From the sequence record OU509535.1: a DNA stretch of 64,000 nucleotides. One strand, 5' to 3'. Below the pieces are notes generated by a model. That model ran no database searches, had not been told where the DNA came from, and saw only the letters and a list, made by a program, of their open reading frames with translations. A program made the position numbers and the translations under genes. This document shows positions 50,056 through 62,784 of the stretch, in pieces (position 1 is the stretch's first letter; every line of letters starts with the position of its first letter).

Positions 50056-50075
50056 TATACTAAAAAGGTACAGTT

Positions 50076-50456
50076 ATGTCCAATAAAGAAGCAGTAAACA
50101 CTATTCAAGCTATTCTGATTATGGCAAATGATCAACCAAACCCAAAAGAACTTGTTATGGCTGGCATGACTGTACTACACCAGTACAACCCAGCTTCACC
50201 TAATTTTGTAGGTCAAGCAGAAGCAGAAGAATTTAAAAAGCATTGGGACTCGTGGATTAAAAATAATATGGAACAAGTGGTATACGTATGTAACTCAGAA
50301 GAAGACATGGAACAAATCGAGTACCAGGCTAATATGGAATCTATTCCGCTTAGTATTTTCGGTAATGGTGAAAAATGCCTTGTACTTGGACCATTCAGTG
50401 CTGAAGATATTGAACGAGTGACACATGAACTAGTTGAAGGAAGTATTCAGTACTAA
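50076..50456 (+). CDS. Degenerate peptidyl-tRNA hydrolase 2 (Pth2)-like protein
   Basis: W...QVVYVCNSEEDM...LVLGPFSAEDIERVTHEL follows the Pth2 pattern W...KIVLKV.SEEEL...L.IGP....ID.ITG.L. Confidence 0.5.
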   Translation: MSNKEAVNTIQAILIMANDQPNPKELVMAGMTVLHQYNPASPNFVGQAEAEEFKKHWDSWIKNNMEQVVYVCNSEEDMEQIEYQANMESIPLSIFGNGEKCLVLGPFSAEDIERVTHELVEGSIQY

Positions 50457-50513
50457 TACAATTATAATATAGCACCTCTAAATAATGTATATAACATTAA
50501 AATGAGGTGCTAT

Positions 50514-51302
50514 ATGTACGATTATATGGCTGGTAATCCAGATGCTCCAAATTTTGATCACAGAGAGAAAATTAAAAATACTATTACACAAATGCTTGGT
50601 GCAGGTGCTGTAAATGTAGAACTCACTGATGGTCAACTTGAAATTGCAATAGATAATGCAGTGAGTAATTACAGAGCATGGAGTTCTGCATCAAAAGAAG
50701 AAGCATTTTTACATTTAAAAATGTTCGATTCACAGAGTGTTTATGTACTTCCTACTGAAGTTGAAATAGTACATAAAATTTATCGCTACGGAAATGGATA
50801 TTTAAGTTCTGGACAAGGTTCAGCAACTGACCCTTTTAGTTTAGCATTCACCAATAGTTATGTCCTCCAATCTGCACGAAATGCAGGTGGTTATGATTTA
50901 GCTACTTATGATTTTTCATTCCAATATCAAGAACTTGTCGCCAGAATGTTTGGAAGAGATATTATTTTTCAATTCAATCCAGTAACAAAGAAATTAGTAC
51001 TTGATCGTGATATTCGAGGAAATGAAGAAGTATTAATTCATGTTTTTCAAAACTTACCAGAACCGATGTTATTCCAGAAACAACAATCGTATCCATGGTT
51101 GCGTGATTGGGCTTTATCAGAAGCCATGATCATGTTAGGTAGAAACCGTAATAAATTTGCCACTCTACCCGGTCCACAAGGTACATTTTCAATGGATGGA
51201 CAACAGATGCTCGCAGATGGTCAACAATTGCAACAAGAATTAAAAGAACGATTAAGAAAATACGAAGATGGTTCTCAACCACTTGGTATGATTATTGGAT
51301 AA
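50514..51302 (+). CDS. Neck protein (T4 gp13-like)
   Basis: LGAGAVNVEL...Q...AID.A; WLRDWALSEAM...LPGPQG...DGQQMLADG; TAAATA at 50479 and GAGGT SD. Confidence 0.8.
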   Translation: MYDYMAGNPDAPNFDHREKIKNTITQMLGAGAVNVELTDGQLEIAIDNAVSNYRAWSSASKEEAFLHLKMFDSQSVYVLPTEVEIVHKIYRYGNGYLSSGQGSATDPFSLAFTNSYVLQSARNAGGYDLATYDFSFQYQELVARMFGRDIIFQFNPVTKKLVLDRDIRGNEEVLIHVFQNLPEPMLFQKQQSYPWLRDWALSEAMIMLGRNRNKFATLPGPQGTFSMDGQQMLADGQQLQQELKERLRKYEDGSQPLGMIIG

Positions 51303-51314
51303 TTAAAAAAATAA

Positions 51315-51350
51315 AAAAGTACTAATATGGGTTTCTGTATTAGTACTTTT
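51315..51350. terminator. Terminator hairpin whose two arms each contain AGTACT
   Basis: AAAAGTACTAATA-TGGGTTTCTG-TATTAGTACTTTT. Confidence 0.65.
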
Positions 51351-51368
51351 ATTTTATGGTACTAACAA

Positions 51369-53372
51369 ATGACAAATGCAGAATTAAAAGAATTATTAAA
51401 TTGTAAGAACATAAATTCATGGCCTTACTTGTATAAACATGATATTGAAATACGTGATATTCTTTCAATATATAATATAATCCCAAAAACCAATAAAGAT
51501 ATTTTTAAATTATTTTACCTATTCATGAATTCATATTCTGAAGAACCAAAAGCTTATTGTGGAAAACCAGCAGTGTATGCTAATTATAAGAATGGGTTTT
51601 ATAAAGTATGTTCTGATTTTAATGCAAAAGATAAAAATTCTTGTAAAATTTGTACTGAAATGCGTTACAAATCAAGGACTGAAAATACAAAGAAAAGTAA
51701 TTTGGAAAAATATGGAGTTGAAAATATTTCACAGGTTCAATCCATAAAAGATAAAAAAGAAAAAACATGTATTGAAAAATTTGGTGCAAGTACTAATTTA
51801 AAGACTAAAGAAACCAAAGACAAAATAAAAAATACCAACAGAAAGAAATTCGGTACTGATCATCCTTTGCAAAATACTGATATTTTACTAAAACAACAAA
51901 ATACAAATATAAAACGTTATGGAGTAAAATATCAAGGACAACGAGAAGAAGTAAAGAATAAGATTAAAGAAACGAATTTGAAAATCCGTGGGGTTCCTTA
52001 TGTATTACAAGATGAAAACGTTAGATCAAAGATCAAAGATACTAATATGAAAAAATACGGTGCTTCTTGTATTTTTTCAACACAATATTATAAAGAAATG
52101 ATAATTAATACTAACATAAAAAAATATAATGTATTATATCCAATGCAAAATCCTGATATTCTTAATAAAAGATGTATGACAAATAATAAATTATATGGTG
52201 GTAATTCACCAAGTTGTGATTCTTCAGTACTGAATAAAATGAAGAACACTACACTAGAAAGATATGGGGTTGAATATTATTCCCAAAGCGATGAATATAA
52301 AATTCACATCCAAGATTCATTGTATATGGAAAGATATGATATAATTTCAACACATATTGATTGTAATTACATTCCTCTTTTTGATGAAGATGATTTAGTA
52401 TTCAGAACCAATATGGATTTATTACCATTTTGGTGTAATTATTGTGATAACTTATTCTATTCTAAACACAAACAAAATAATATCAAATGTAATTGTCAAA
52501 TAAAACATGGAGTATCTATTAAAGAATTAGAGTTAAGAAATTATATAGTATCGTTAATTCCAGATGAAGATATTATTTTTAATGATCGCACCATACTTAA
52601 AGGAAAGGAACTTGACATTTATATACCTAATTTGAATTTAGCATTTGAATTCAATGGTATGTATTGGCACAGTGATAACATTATAGACAAAAATAAACAC
52701 CAAAACAAAGTACTACAATGTAAAGAACAAGGTATTAATTTAATTCATGTTTTTGAAGATGAGTGGGATTCCAAAAATGAATTAATTAAAAATCGCATTA
52801 AAAGTAAATTAAATAAATCTCCAAAAATTTATGCAAGAAAATGCACAGTTGGTAATGTCGATAATACTACATACAAAGATTTTTGTAATTTATTTCATAT
52901 TCAGGGTTACACTGAAGCAAAAATCAAAATTGGATTGTATTATGATTATGAACTGGTTGCTGTAATGTCATTTGGAGCACCGAGAAACAAAAGTGATAAA
53001 ATTAAATATGAATATGAATTAATTCGTTACTGTTCAGATGGTTCAGTTATTGGTGGTGCTTCAAAAATACTCAAATATTTTGAAAAGAAATATAAACCAA
53101 AATCACTAATGTCATATGCAGATATGAACTGGAGTAATGGGAACTTATATTCAGTACTGGGATTCACTGAAGAGTCATATACCAAACCTGGGTATTTTTA
53201 TTATAACAAAGAAACCAACGAACGAATTTCCAGACAACGTTGTCAAAAACATAAACTGGTTAAATTGGGATATGATAGTAATTTAACTGAAACTACAATC
53301 TGTTGTGATATTATTGGATATCTAAAAATTTACGATAGTGGTAATTTAAAATACGTTAAAAAATATCAATAA
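51369..53372 (+). mobile_element. Free-standing Hef-like homing endonuclease with nine 23 aa repeats and a C-terminal acetyltransferase-like domain
   Basis: T(N/C).(K/E)(K/R)(Y/F)G repeats; KELDIYIP...AFEFNGMYWHS nuclease motif; YELIRYC...GGASKILKYF...SYAD...GNLY..LGF. Confidence 0.75.
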
Positions 53373-53396
53373 CTCTTTTCTTAAAAGGATAATTAT

Positions 53397-54023
53397 GTGA
53401 AAAGAAATATAGTTGCAATCAATGGAACAATAGGGAGTGGGAAAGATACTTTTGCACAAGCATTTATTGACAATGGATACACGAGATTATCTTTTGCCAA
53501 AAATCTAAAAGATACTGTATCAGCAATATTTGGATGGGATCGTGAAATGCTCGAAGGTACAACACCAGAAAGTAGAAAAATTCGTGAAATGGTTGATCCC
53601 TACTGGTGTGAAAAATTAGGACGAAATGATGTTTCTCCGAGATGGGTGCTACAAAATTTTGGTACAAATGTACTTCGTAAGCATTTCCATGATAACATTT
53701 GGGTTTTTAGTTTAGAAAAAACAATGAACCAAATAGAAGGTAACATTATTATTACTGATTGTAGATTTCCTAATGAACTTGAAATGATTCGTAAAAATAA
53801 TGGAATAGTTATTGAAGTACAAAGAACAATTCCATATTGGTATGGTTTGGCATCAGAATACAATAAAGGATTTATTAATATGCTACCAGTTGAACTGGAA
53901 GATATTCATGAATCAGAATGGAAATGGATTGGTGTAAACGAACCAGATTATGTTGTAAAAAATACAGAAACCCTTCAATCTCTTCAGGATAAAGCATTAA
54001 AAATTATTTCATTAATGAAATAA
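53397..54023 (+). CDS. Deoxynucleoside monophosphate kinase (T4 gp1-like)
   Basis: GTIGSGKDT, FAKNLKD, PRWVLQNFGT, ITDCRFPNE. Confidence 0.9.
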   Translation: MKRNIVAINGTIGSGKDTFAQAFIDNGYTRLSFAKNLKDTVSAIFGWDREMLEGTTPESRKIREMVDPYWCEKLGRNDVSPRWVLQNFGTNVLRKHFHDNIWVFSLEKTMNQIEGNIIITDCRFPNELEMIRKNNGIVIEVQRTIPYWYGLASEYNKGFINMLPVELEDIHESEWKWIGVNEPDYVVKNTETLQSLQDKALKIISLMK

Positions 54024-54118
54024 TTTTCTCATTTCTAACATCCCTCATTAATCCTCCAATAAATAATACTATACGAGAATAATCGAATAGAACCAAATTA
54101 TTTTTGGAGGATTTTTTT

Positions 54119-56785
54119 ATGGCAGATTTAATCAGCCCAGGAGTTGACGTACAGATTACTGATGAAAGTATTAGTACTGCATCCACTCCAGGAACTGTAC
54201 CCCTATTTGTTTTAGCAACTGCTCAAGATAAATTAGTACCTGGATCAACTTCAATTGCATCCGCTACAACTAAAGCGAATGCTAATACACTACAACTAGT
54301 AACATCACAGAAAAATGTACTTGATCTGTTTGGTACTCCAGTTTTTCAGGTTGACAGCACCGGAAGCGTAGTTCAGGGTGATGAACTAAATGAATATGGT
54401 TTACACTCAGTATATTCCTATATGGGAATTTCTAACCGTGCATATGTTGTACGTGCAGATCTCGATCTAGCACAACTATCACCAAGATCAACTGCTCCAA
54501 CTGGCCCAGTTTCTAACGGTACCCTTTGGTTAGATATGACTTCTTCTCAAGTGGAAGCCTATATTGCTAAAGTGGCAAACCCATCAAGTTTCCATGACTG
54601 GGAATTAAAAACAGTACATATGGTAACTGCTGAGGATGTTGATGATGTTGATACTACAGAATATAATATTGACGATTTGGTATTGCGTTTTAAACCAAGT
54701 AATGGTCAATTTTTAATGTATAAACTTGAAGTACAAGGTCTGACACAAACAAACACCATTCTTTCACCAATCAATAAAGTACCAACTGGTACTGGTATTG
54801 CCGAAGGTGATGTGTGGATCCGTGATGGTTATACTCAAAATGGTTCCAATTATTTTGGTACTCGTTTTGTAATTAAACGTTATATGTCACTTACTAGTGT
54901 GTGGACTGTAGTACCTACCTATACTGGTAACAACTTCGCTGAAATCGAAGCTAAGAGTGGCGTTTTCAATGCAAGTTATATTGCATCTCGATTTGATTTC
55001 GATAGTAAGAGTTTTTCTTTCTATCTACAGAGTGAAAAAACAGTAACACAAAACAGCCCTGCTGTTCCAGTTGGTGAACTAACTCCAACAACTGCTACTC
55101 AAAATTCATATTTAACTTTCTCTTATCTGAATAAAGTTATAAAACTGGTAGCAGTTAAACAAGGTGAAACAATTAATACAGCAACCATAATTAGTAATAT
55201 TTCTTCAAGTAAAGATATGGCTAACGCTGGTTTTGGTTTTGTACGTAATTCAGATGGTGCTCTGGTTGTTAGTAACAAAAATGGCTATAGTTTCAAGACT
55301 ACTCAAACTGGTGATGTACTATTCAGTAATACTGAATTTGCTAAACTATCAGTTGTTGAAAGTTCAAACTATTCTATTCTGAATCCTAATAATTTCAAAG
55401 GCAACACTGATACCCCAACCAGTATTGCTAAAGATGGTACTTATTGGTATGATTTTTCCAATAGTGATAACTTGACTGTTACTATGTATACCGCTGATTA
55501 TGCAACTGATTCATGGAAACTTGTTGACAGTTCTAATCAATATGTACAAGTCGATGAACCCACTGCTGATCGTGAATTCTGGGTACTACCACTTTCACAA
55601 GGCGTTGATGGTTATGTTTTCTATCGTAACATCAACGGTTCATGGGTTAAACTTGATACTACGGATCAAAGTACCCTTAACGGCATGATTTTCGAAGATT
55701 TTAACTTCCCTGATACTGTACCAGCACCAGAATTATATCAAAACTCTATGCTCGCTATCGACATGGGTAATACTGAAGGTGTTGTAAAGAAAATGGAAGA
55801 TGGTGAATGGCACGTAGTTAGTGGTACTAACCTAAGTGGTAGTGGTCTTTTCGGTCGTGCCGCACAACGTCAAATTGTTGTACAAGCACTTCAAGCAGTA
55901 CTGGTAGGTAATGAAGATATTCGTTCTGAATGGATTAGCTATAACCTAATCTGTGTTCCTGGATATGTTGAAACACTGGATGAATGTGTTACTCTTAACG
56001 TAGATCGCAAAGAAACAGCATTCATTATTACTGATGTTCCAGCACGATTAGACCCAACTGGTAATGGTAATGAAGTACAAGCATGGGCCAGCAATGCAAA
56101 TAATGCGGCCAGTAATGGTGACATTGGTCGTACAACCACTTATGACTATGCTGCGGAATATATGGGATGGTGCCTGAGTACTAACGTTGACGGTACCGAA
56201 ATCGCAGTTCCAGGTAGTACTGTAGCAATGCGTACTATTGCTTATAGTGATAGTATCAGTCATGTTTGGAACCCACCAGCAGGTACTTCAAACGGTGTTG
56301 TTACCAATGCAAGTTCTGTAGGTTTTATTAACTCAGAAGGTGAATATCAATCTGTTCAGTACTCTGAAGGACAACGTGATGTGATGTACTCAAACAATAT
56401 TAACCCTATTGCTATGCGTCCAACTCGTGGTCTTCTAATTTGGGGTCAAAAAACACTAAGTGCTGACAGTACTTCTGCATTAAGTCGTGTTAACGTTGCT
56501 CGTCTGATGTGTTATATTCGCAAACAAGTTGCTATCATTGCTGAACCATTCCTATTCCGACTGAATACACCAAGTACTCGTCAGGAATTCACTGGTGTGA
56601 TGAATGCATTCTTCAGTGAATTAGTGCAAAATAATGCACTATATGATTTTACTGTAGTGTGTGATGAGAGTAATAACACCTCCGCCCGTATCGACCGTAA
56701 CGAACTGTGGTGTGATATTGCAGTACAACCAGTGCGAGCAATTGAATTCATCTATATTCCAATTCGTATTGAAAACACTCAATAA
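54119..56785 (+). CDS. Tail sheath protein (gp18-like)
   Basis: LISPGVDV N-terminus; C-terminal WNPPAG..NG, NNINPI, WGQKTL, RVNVARL, VVCDESNNT..IDRNE; TAAATA at 54060. Confidence 0.93.
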   Translation: MADLISPGVDVQITDESISTASTPGTVPLFVLATAQDKLVPGSTSIASATTKANANTLQLVTSQKNVLDLFGTPVFQVDSTGSVVQGDELNEYGLHSVYSYMGISNRAYVVRADLDLAQLSPRSTAPTGPVSNGTLWLDMTSSQVEAYIAKVANPSSFHDWELKTVHMVTAEDVDDVDTTEYNIDDLVLRFKPSNGQFLMYKLEVQGLTQTNTILSPINKVPTGTGIAEGDVWIRDGYTQNGSNYFGTRFVIKRYMSLTSVWTVVPTYTGNNFAEIEAKSGVFNASYIASRFDFDSKSFSFYLQSEKTVTQNSPAVPVGELTPTTATQNSYLTFSYLNKVIKLVAVKQGETINTATIISNISSSKDMANAGFGFVRNSDGALVVSNKNGYSFKTTQTGDVLFSNTEFAKLSVVESSNYSILNPNNFKGNTDTPTSIAKDGTYWYDFSNSDNLTVTMYTADYATDSWKLVDSSNQYVQVDEPTADREFWVLPLSQGVDGYVFYRNINGSWVKLDTTDQSTLNGMIFEDFNFPDTVPAPELYQNSMLAIDMGNTEGVVKKMEDGEWHVVSGTNLSGSGLFGRAAQRQIVVQALQAVLVGNEDIRSEWISYNLICVPGYVETLDECVTLNVDRKETAFIITDVPARLDPTGNGNEVQAWASNANNAASNGDIGRTTTYDYAAEYMGWCLSTNVDGTEIAVPGSTVAMRTIAYSDSISHVWNPPAGTSNGVVTNASSVGFINSEGEYQSVQYSEGQRDVMYSNNINPIAMRPTRGLLIWGQKTLSADSTSALSRVNVARLMCYIRKQVAIIAEPFLFRLNTPSTRQEFTGVMNAFFSELVQNNALYDFTVVCDESNNTSARIDRNELWCDIAVQPVRAIEFIYIPIRIENTQ

Positions 56786-56789
56786 TACA

Positions 56790-56817
56790 AAAAAGGGAAC
56801 TTTCGAGTTCCCTTTTT
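56790..56817 (+). terminator. Terminator with UUCG loop
   Basis: AAAAGGGAACT-TTCG-AGTTCCCTTTTT. Confidence 0.88.
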
Positions 56818-56904
56818 ATTTTATAAGTTAGTACAGGTTGTGGTTATTTCTCCAATAAATAAATATAAAGAGAATTATATATTCCTTAGTGGAGAAATTA
56901 TAAT

Positions 56905-57588
56905 ATGGCGACAATGCTTGATAAGTATGGCGTACCCATTAGTGGTGGCGGCAATATGATGAAAAGCCCTAAACCAAAATATCGATACAGAGTTATCTTT
57001 TTTGGTTTTGGTGCAAACGACGATGGTAACATGATTACCCTTGATACCAATACCGTCGGTGCAGTTAGTGTATCACATGAAAATGTAACTGTTCATAGTT
57101 ATAACTCAAGTGCACATTACAAAGGGAAATATTCATGGAACACAATTGAAGTTGCATTCCGTGATTCTGTTGGTAATGACAGTGCTAAAGCAGTTTATAA
57201 CCAAATGCGTAAAGAGTTTAACTATTATACTCAGGAATCACGCACTTCTGATTCACAATTTAAATTCGAAATGTGGATTCAGGAACTGGATGGTAGTAAC
57301 TCATCTGAACGTACCAATTTATTTCAGGGTACTCTGAGTACTTGGGTTTGTCAGGGTTGTTTTATTACTGAAACCAACTTTGGTGAATGGGATTATTCCA
57401 GTTCTGATCCACAAGTTATTACCATGACAGTTCAACCAGATGGTTGTGCTAAACTTGGGCCTACTGGTCTTCCATTCGGTGATGAAGTTTCCGGTAATGG
57501 TACTCCAGAAGGTGCTTCTTCTATTAGTGGGGCACAAACAGTCATTAATGAAACATCTATAACTGATAGTAACTTCTATACTTCATAA
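56905..57588 (+). CDS. Tail tube protein 1 (gp19-like)
   Basis: Follows the sheath; YRYRVIF, GKYSWNTIEVAFRD, W.CQGCFI.E.NFGEWDYS. Confidence 0.8.
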   Translation: MATMLDKYGVPISGGGNMMKSPKPKYRYRVIFFGFGANDDGNMITLDTNTVGAVSVSHENVTVHSYNSSAHYKGKYSWNTIEVAFRDSVGNDSAKAVYNQMRKEFNYYTQESRTSDSQFKFEMWIQELDGSNSSERTNLFQGTLSTWVCQGCFITETNFGEWDYSSSDPQVITMTVQPDGCAKLGPTGLPFGDEVSGNGTPEGASSISGAQTVINETSITDSNFYTS

Positions 57589-57636
57589 TTTATTTGATAA
57601 ATAATAAAGTATGTTTCATATAACTTCCTTGTAAAC

Positions 57637-57672
57637 AAAAGCTCCGATGCTAAAAACGTCGGAGCTTTTTTT
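57637..57672 (+). terminator. Terminator
   Basis: AAAAGCTCCGAT-GCTAAAAAC-GTCGGAGCTTTTT. Confidence 0.82.
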
Positions 57673-57728
57673 GTTTATTATATTCGCTAAATAATAGATA
57701 AAACCTAATATAATACAGAGGTTAAAGT

Positions 57729-58502
57729 ATGGCTGATATGCTATCCAAATACGGTGTACCTATGCCGAGTGGTAAAAACAAAACTATGCTACAACCTAAA
57801 GCACAATATAAATTCAGAGTTATTGTATACAATTTCGGTACAGAAATTGATGAACGAGATCATATTGCTTTAGATGTTGACAAAGTTGACAGACCAAGTA
57901 TTTCATTTTCAACACATAAATTATATCAGTTCACGACTAACACATCCTATATCGGTAGTTATGACTGGAAAGAAATTAAATTAACAATCAGGGATTCGAT
58001 TGGTAATGACAGTGCTAAAGCAGTATCAAGACAATTACAAAAACAAAAAGATTTTCAACGAAGAATTACTTCTAAATCAGAACAGGATTATGCTGGATAT
58101 AAATTCGGTATGATTATTCAGATGCTAAATGGGCGAAACTACGATGATAGTCTAGAATCATTGGGTAGGAATACTGCCACCAGTGTAGCTAGTGCAGTTA
58201 CAAATAATACTGGACTGGTTAATGCAATTGATAAATTTATCGGTGGTTCTACTTATAACACATCAGGTGTAATGGAATATTTTGTATGCACTGGGTGTAT
58301 TATAACTGATATAAGTTATGACTCACTTGATTATGGGTCAAGTTCACCAGTTACTATGCAACTTACTATTAAACCAGATAGCTGTCTACAATTCGATGAT
58401 ATAGAAGAAATGTATAAAGTTAGAATTAGTTCACTTCTCCCAGATAGTGTTAATCAGGGTCTTGATATTTTAGATCGTGTACTCGGTAGTACTGGAATTT
58501 AA
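57729..58502 (+). CDS. Tail tube protein 2 (paralog)
   Basis: Shares KYGVP, FRVI.., RDS(V/I)GNDSAKAV and C.GC.I...DY.SS with tube 1. Confidence 0.78.
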   Translation: MADMLSKYGVPMPSGKNKTMLQPKAQYKFRVIVYNFGTEIDERDHIALDVDKVDRPSISFSTHKLYQFTTNTSYIGSYDWKEIKLTIRDSIGNDSAKAVSRQLQKQKDFQRRITSKSEQDYAGYKFGMIIQMLNGRNYDDSLESLGRNTATSVASAVTNNTGLVNAIDKFIGGSTYNTSGVMEYFVCTGCIITDISYDSLDYGSSSPVTMQLTIKPDSCLQFDDIEEMYKVRISSLLPDSVNQGLDILDRVLGSTGI

Positions 58503-58511
58503 GGAGAATAT

Positions 58512-60671
<2,160 letters not shown>

Positions 60672-60708
60672 ATTAAACGACAACTTTATATTAATTTTGG
60701 AGTTATTA

Positions 60709-61257
60709 ATGATTAATTTACAAAAAATTCTCACCGATAATAAGCCTGTATATGAATACAGGATTAAATTTGCAACTGAACCGAGTACTGAAGACTTGAG
60801 TAAAATTACTCAACGACTTACAGATCGTTATGATGCATTTGAAATTGGTGCAGTTAAGAAAACTATTTTTATGGATAAACCACTTGATTTTTATGATATG
60901 GATTGTGGTGAAATCTGGATGTTTGATTTTAAATGTAATCGTGGAGTACAAACCAATGTTCTTACTTATGAAATTGGTAATCTTCTGAGTATGAGTGAAG
61001 CACTAATTCGAGTGCGTAGTAAAGATTCACCAACTCAAATTGAAATGTCAATTGGTGAAGATGACATTGATTTTGATACAGTAGAAGTAATTGGCGTTGA
61101 TGTAGGTGCGGCTGTGGATAGTACTGGAATTGCTGGTCAGGAACGTGCAGATCAAGCAGTGAAAGATTCACTTAAAGCATCTGAAGAAGTAAGGGGAGCA
61201 CACAAAAAAGATAAGTACACTCACTATATGAGTGCGGCTTTTGGTAATAAGGAATAA
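60709..61257 (+). CDS. Hypothetical (probable virion) protein
   Basis: TAAATA at 60665 and GGAG SD; start MINLQK. Confidence 0.7.
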   Translation: MINLQKILTDNKPVYEYRIKFATEPSTEDLSKITQRLTDRYDAFEIGAVKKTIFMDKPLDFYDMDCGEIWMFDFKCNRGVQTNVLTYEIGNLLSMSEALIRVRSKDSPTQIEMSIGEDDIDFDTVEVIGVDVGAAVDSTGIAGQERADQAVKDSLKASEEVRGAHKKDKYTHYMSAAFGNKE

Positions 61258-61261
61258 TAAT

Positions 61262-61807
61262 ATGAGTTTATTTGATGAAGTAATTACACATAATACCGAA
61301 CTTCAAGAAGACCGTCCATATAGCCGCACACAGGGTGCTATTGATGCTGCTAAAGGTAAAGTCAAAGGTATGTTTGGATCGGGTCAGGTAGAGCAAGGTG
61401 CACAAGAAGTTGGTGCAGAAGCTAACAAGTACTGGAACGAATTTAAACGCTATATTGGTAGAAAATATGGTAAATCCCAAAGTACGGTTCCATATAGTGA
61501 TGTTGAAGAGTTCTTTAAAGGGAATAATCTTGATACTAAGTTTCTTGGTAACAACAATCGTCGTTCATTTACACCCAAAGATGTAGGTAATGCACTATTA
61601 CAGGCAGTTCGTCAGGAAATGAATGATTATAAAAAACAGGAAGAACCAAAACAAGAACAACCAAAACAACAGGATGACACTACTACACAAGAACGTCCTT
61701 CTACTGGTTCAGATCAGGGACAACCGGGTTCGTCTGATTCTCTAAATAATGAAATACAGAGACTTACACCAGCAGAACGCAGTCAATTACTTTCCCTGCT
61801 GGCATAA
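61262..61807 (+). CDS. Hypothetical (probable virion) protein
   Basis: AAGGA SD; start MSLFDEV; Gln/Pro-rich linker. Confidence 0.72.
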   Translation: MSLFDEVITHNTELQEDRPYSRTQGAIDAAKGKVKGMFGSGQVEQGAQEVGAEANKYWNEFKRYIGRKYGKSQSTVPYSDVEEFFKGNNLDTKFLGNNNRRSFTPKDVGNALLQAVRQEMNDYKKQEEPKQEQPKQQDDTTTQERPSTGSDQGQPGSSDSLNNEIQRLTPAERSQLLSLLA

Positions 61808-61818
61808 GAGGTGATTGA

Positions 61819-62766
61819 ATGTTAAATGAATTCAAAAGTGGTGTGACCGTACCAAATGGGTATGTTTACACCAGTAAAACAGGTGCACGTTATGTTTTTC
61901 TGGAGTGTATGTGGTTTAATGAAAGTAATATGATGCTTGTTGATCCTCAAAAATATGGTAATATGTATTTGAGTGCAGTTGCACAGATCAATGAATACAA
62001 TTCATCTTCTAATGAATACAAAATTGGTAATACATATAACAAAGATAACAAAACTTGTGTTTTTCTTGGTGAATCACGATTTATTACTGAAAATGGCACT
62101 ATCATCAATGAAGACGATGAAAATACCAACCAGGTACCAAATGGTATCAGAATCACATCAAAAAATGGTAATGTTTACCAGAAAAAAGATGGTCAGTGGT
62201 TTAACATTGAAACCAAAAAAGCACTGAATAGTTCAGCGGCACAGGGTGCAGAACGTAGTGCACAAAAAATGATTCAAATTCATAATTCAAATGAAGATAA
62301 CATAAAAATTGGTAGTACTGTTACTTCTAAATCAAACAAAACCTATACTTATCTTGGTGGTGATCGTTTTATGGATGCTGGTGGTAGATTATTACCAAAA
62401 AGTACTGCTCAAGCTTTAATTCAAAAACACAAAGATGAAAAAAGTTCTGGGAAAGAAGAAGATGAACAAAAAACTGGTTCATCCGATGATACCAGTACTA
62501 ATACCACTGACAACACCAATACCACTGATAATACAAATAGTTCAGATGATACTTCTGGTGGTAATGGTGATACAGATAATCAAAGTTCTGATAATCCAAT
62601 GCAAGAACTTGCTGATAAAATTAATGCATCTCCATATGCACGTAAAATTAAAGTTCTATTAACTCGTGCTGATAAAGTATCTTTGTTAGCCGCTGATATT
62701 TTTCTTAGTGGGAAACGAGAAGAAGTTACACAATTTATCAAATCATTAAATAATAATAATGAATAA
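61819..62766 (+). CDS. Hypothetical protein with internal repeats
   Basis: Repeated TSK.G/N..Y.(Y/F)...(W/R)F units; TNTTDN tandem linker at 62497-62550. Confidence 0.72.
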   Translation: MLNEFKSGVTVPNGYVYTSKTGARYVFLECMWFNESNMMLVDPQKYGNMYLSAVAQINEYNSSSNEYKIGNTYNKDNKTCVFLGESRFITENGTIINEDDENTNQVPNGIRITSKNGNVYQKKDGQWFNIETKKALNSSAAQGAERSAQKMIQIHNSNEDNIKIGSTVTSKSNKTYTYLGGDRFMDAGGRLLPKSTAQALIQKHKDEKSSGKEEDEQKTGSSDDTSTNTTDNTNTTDNTNSSDDTSGGNGDTDNQSSDNPMQELADKINASPYARKIKVLLTRADKVSLLAADIFLSGKREEVTQFIKSLNNNNE

Positions 62767-62784
62767 TTAAAAGGATTTATTGAA

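Noticed and set aside
51640-52300. Periodic sequence as a CRISPR-like array
   Set aside because: The periodicity is a degenerate 23 aa protein repeat within an ORF; there are no identical nucleotide repeats with unique spacers.
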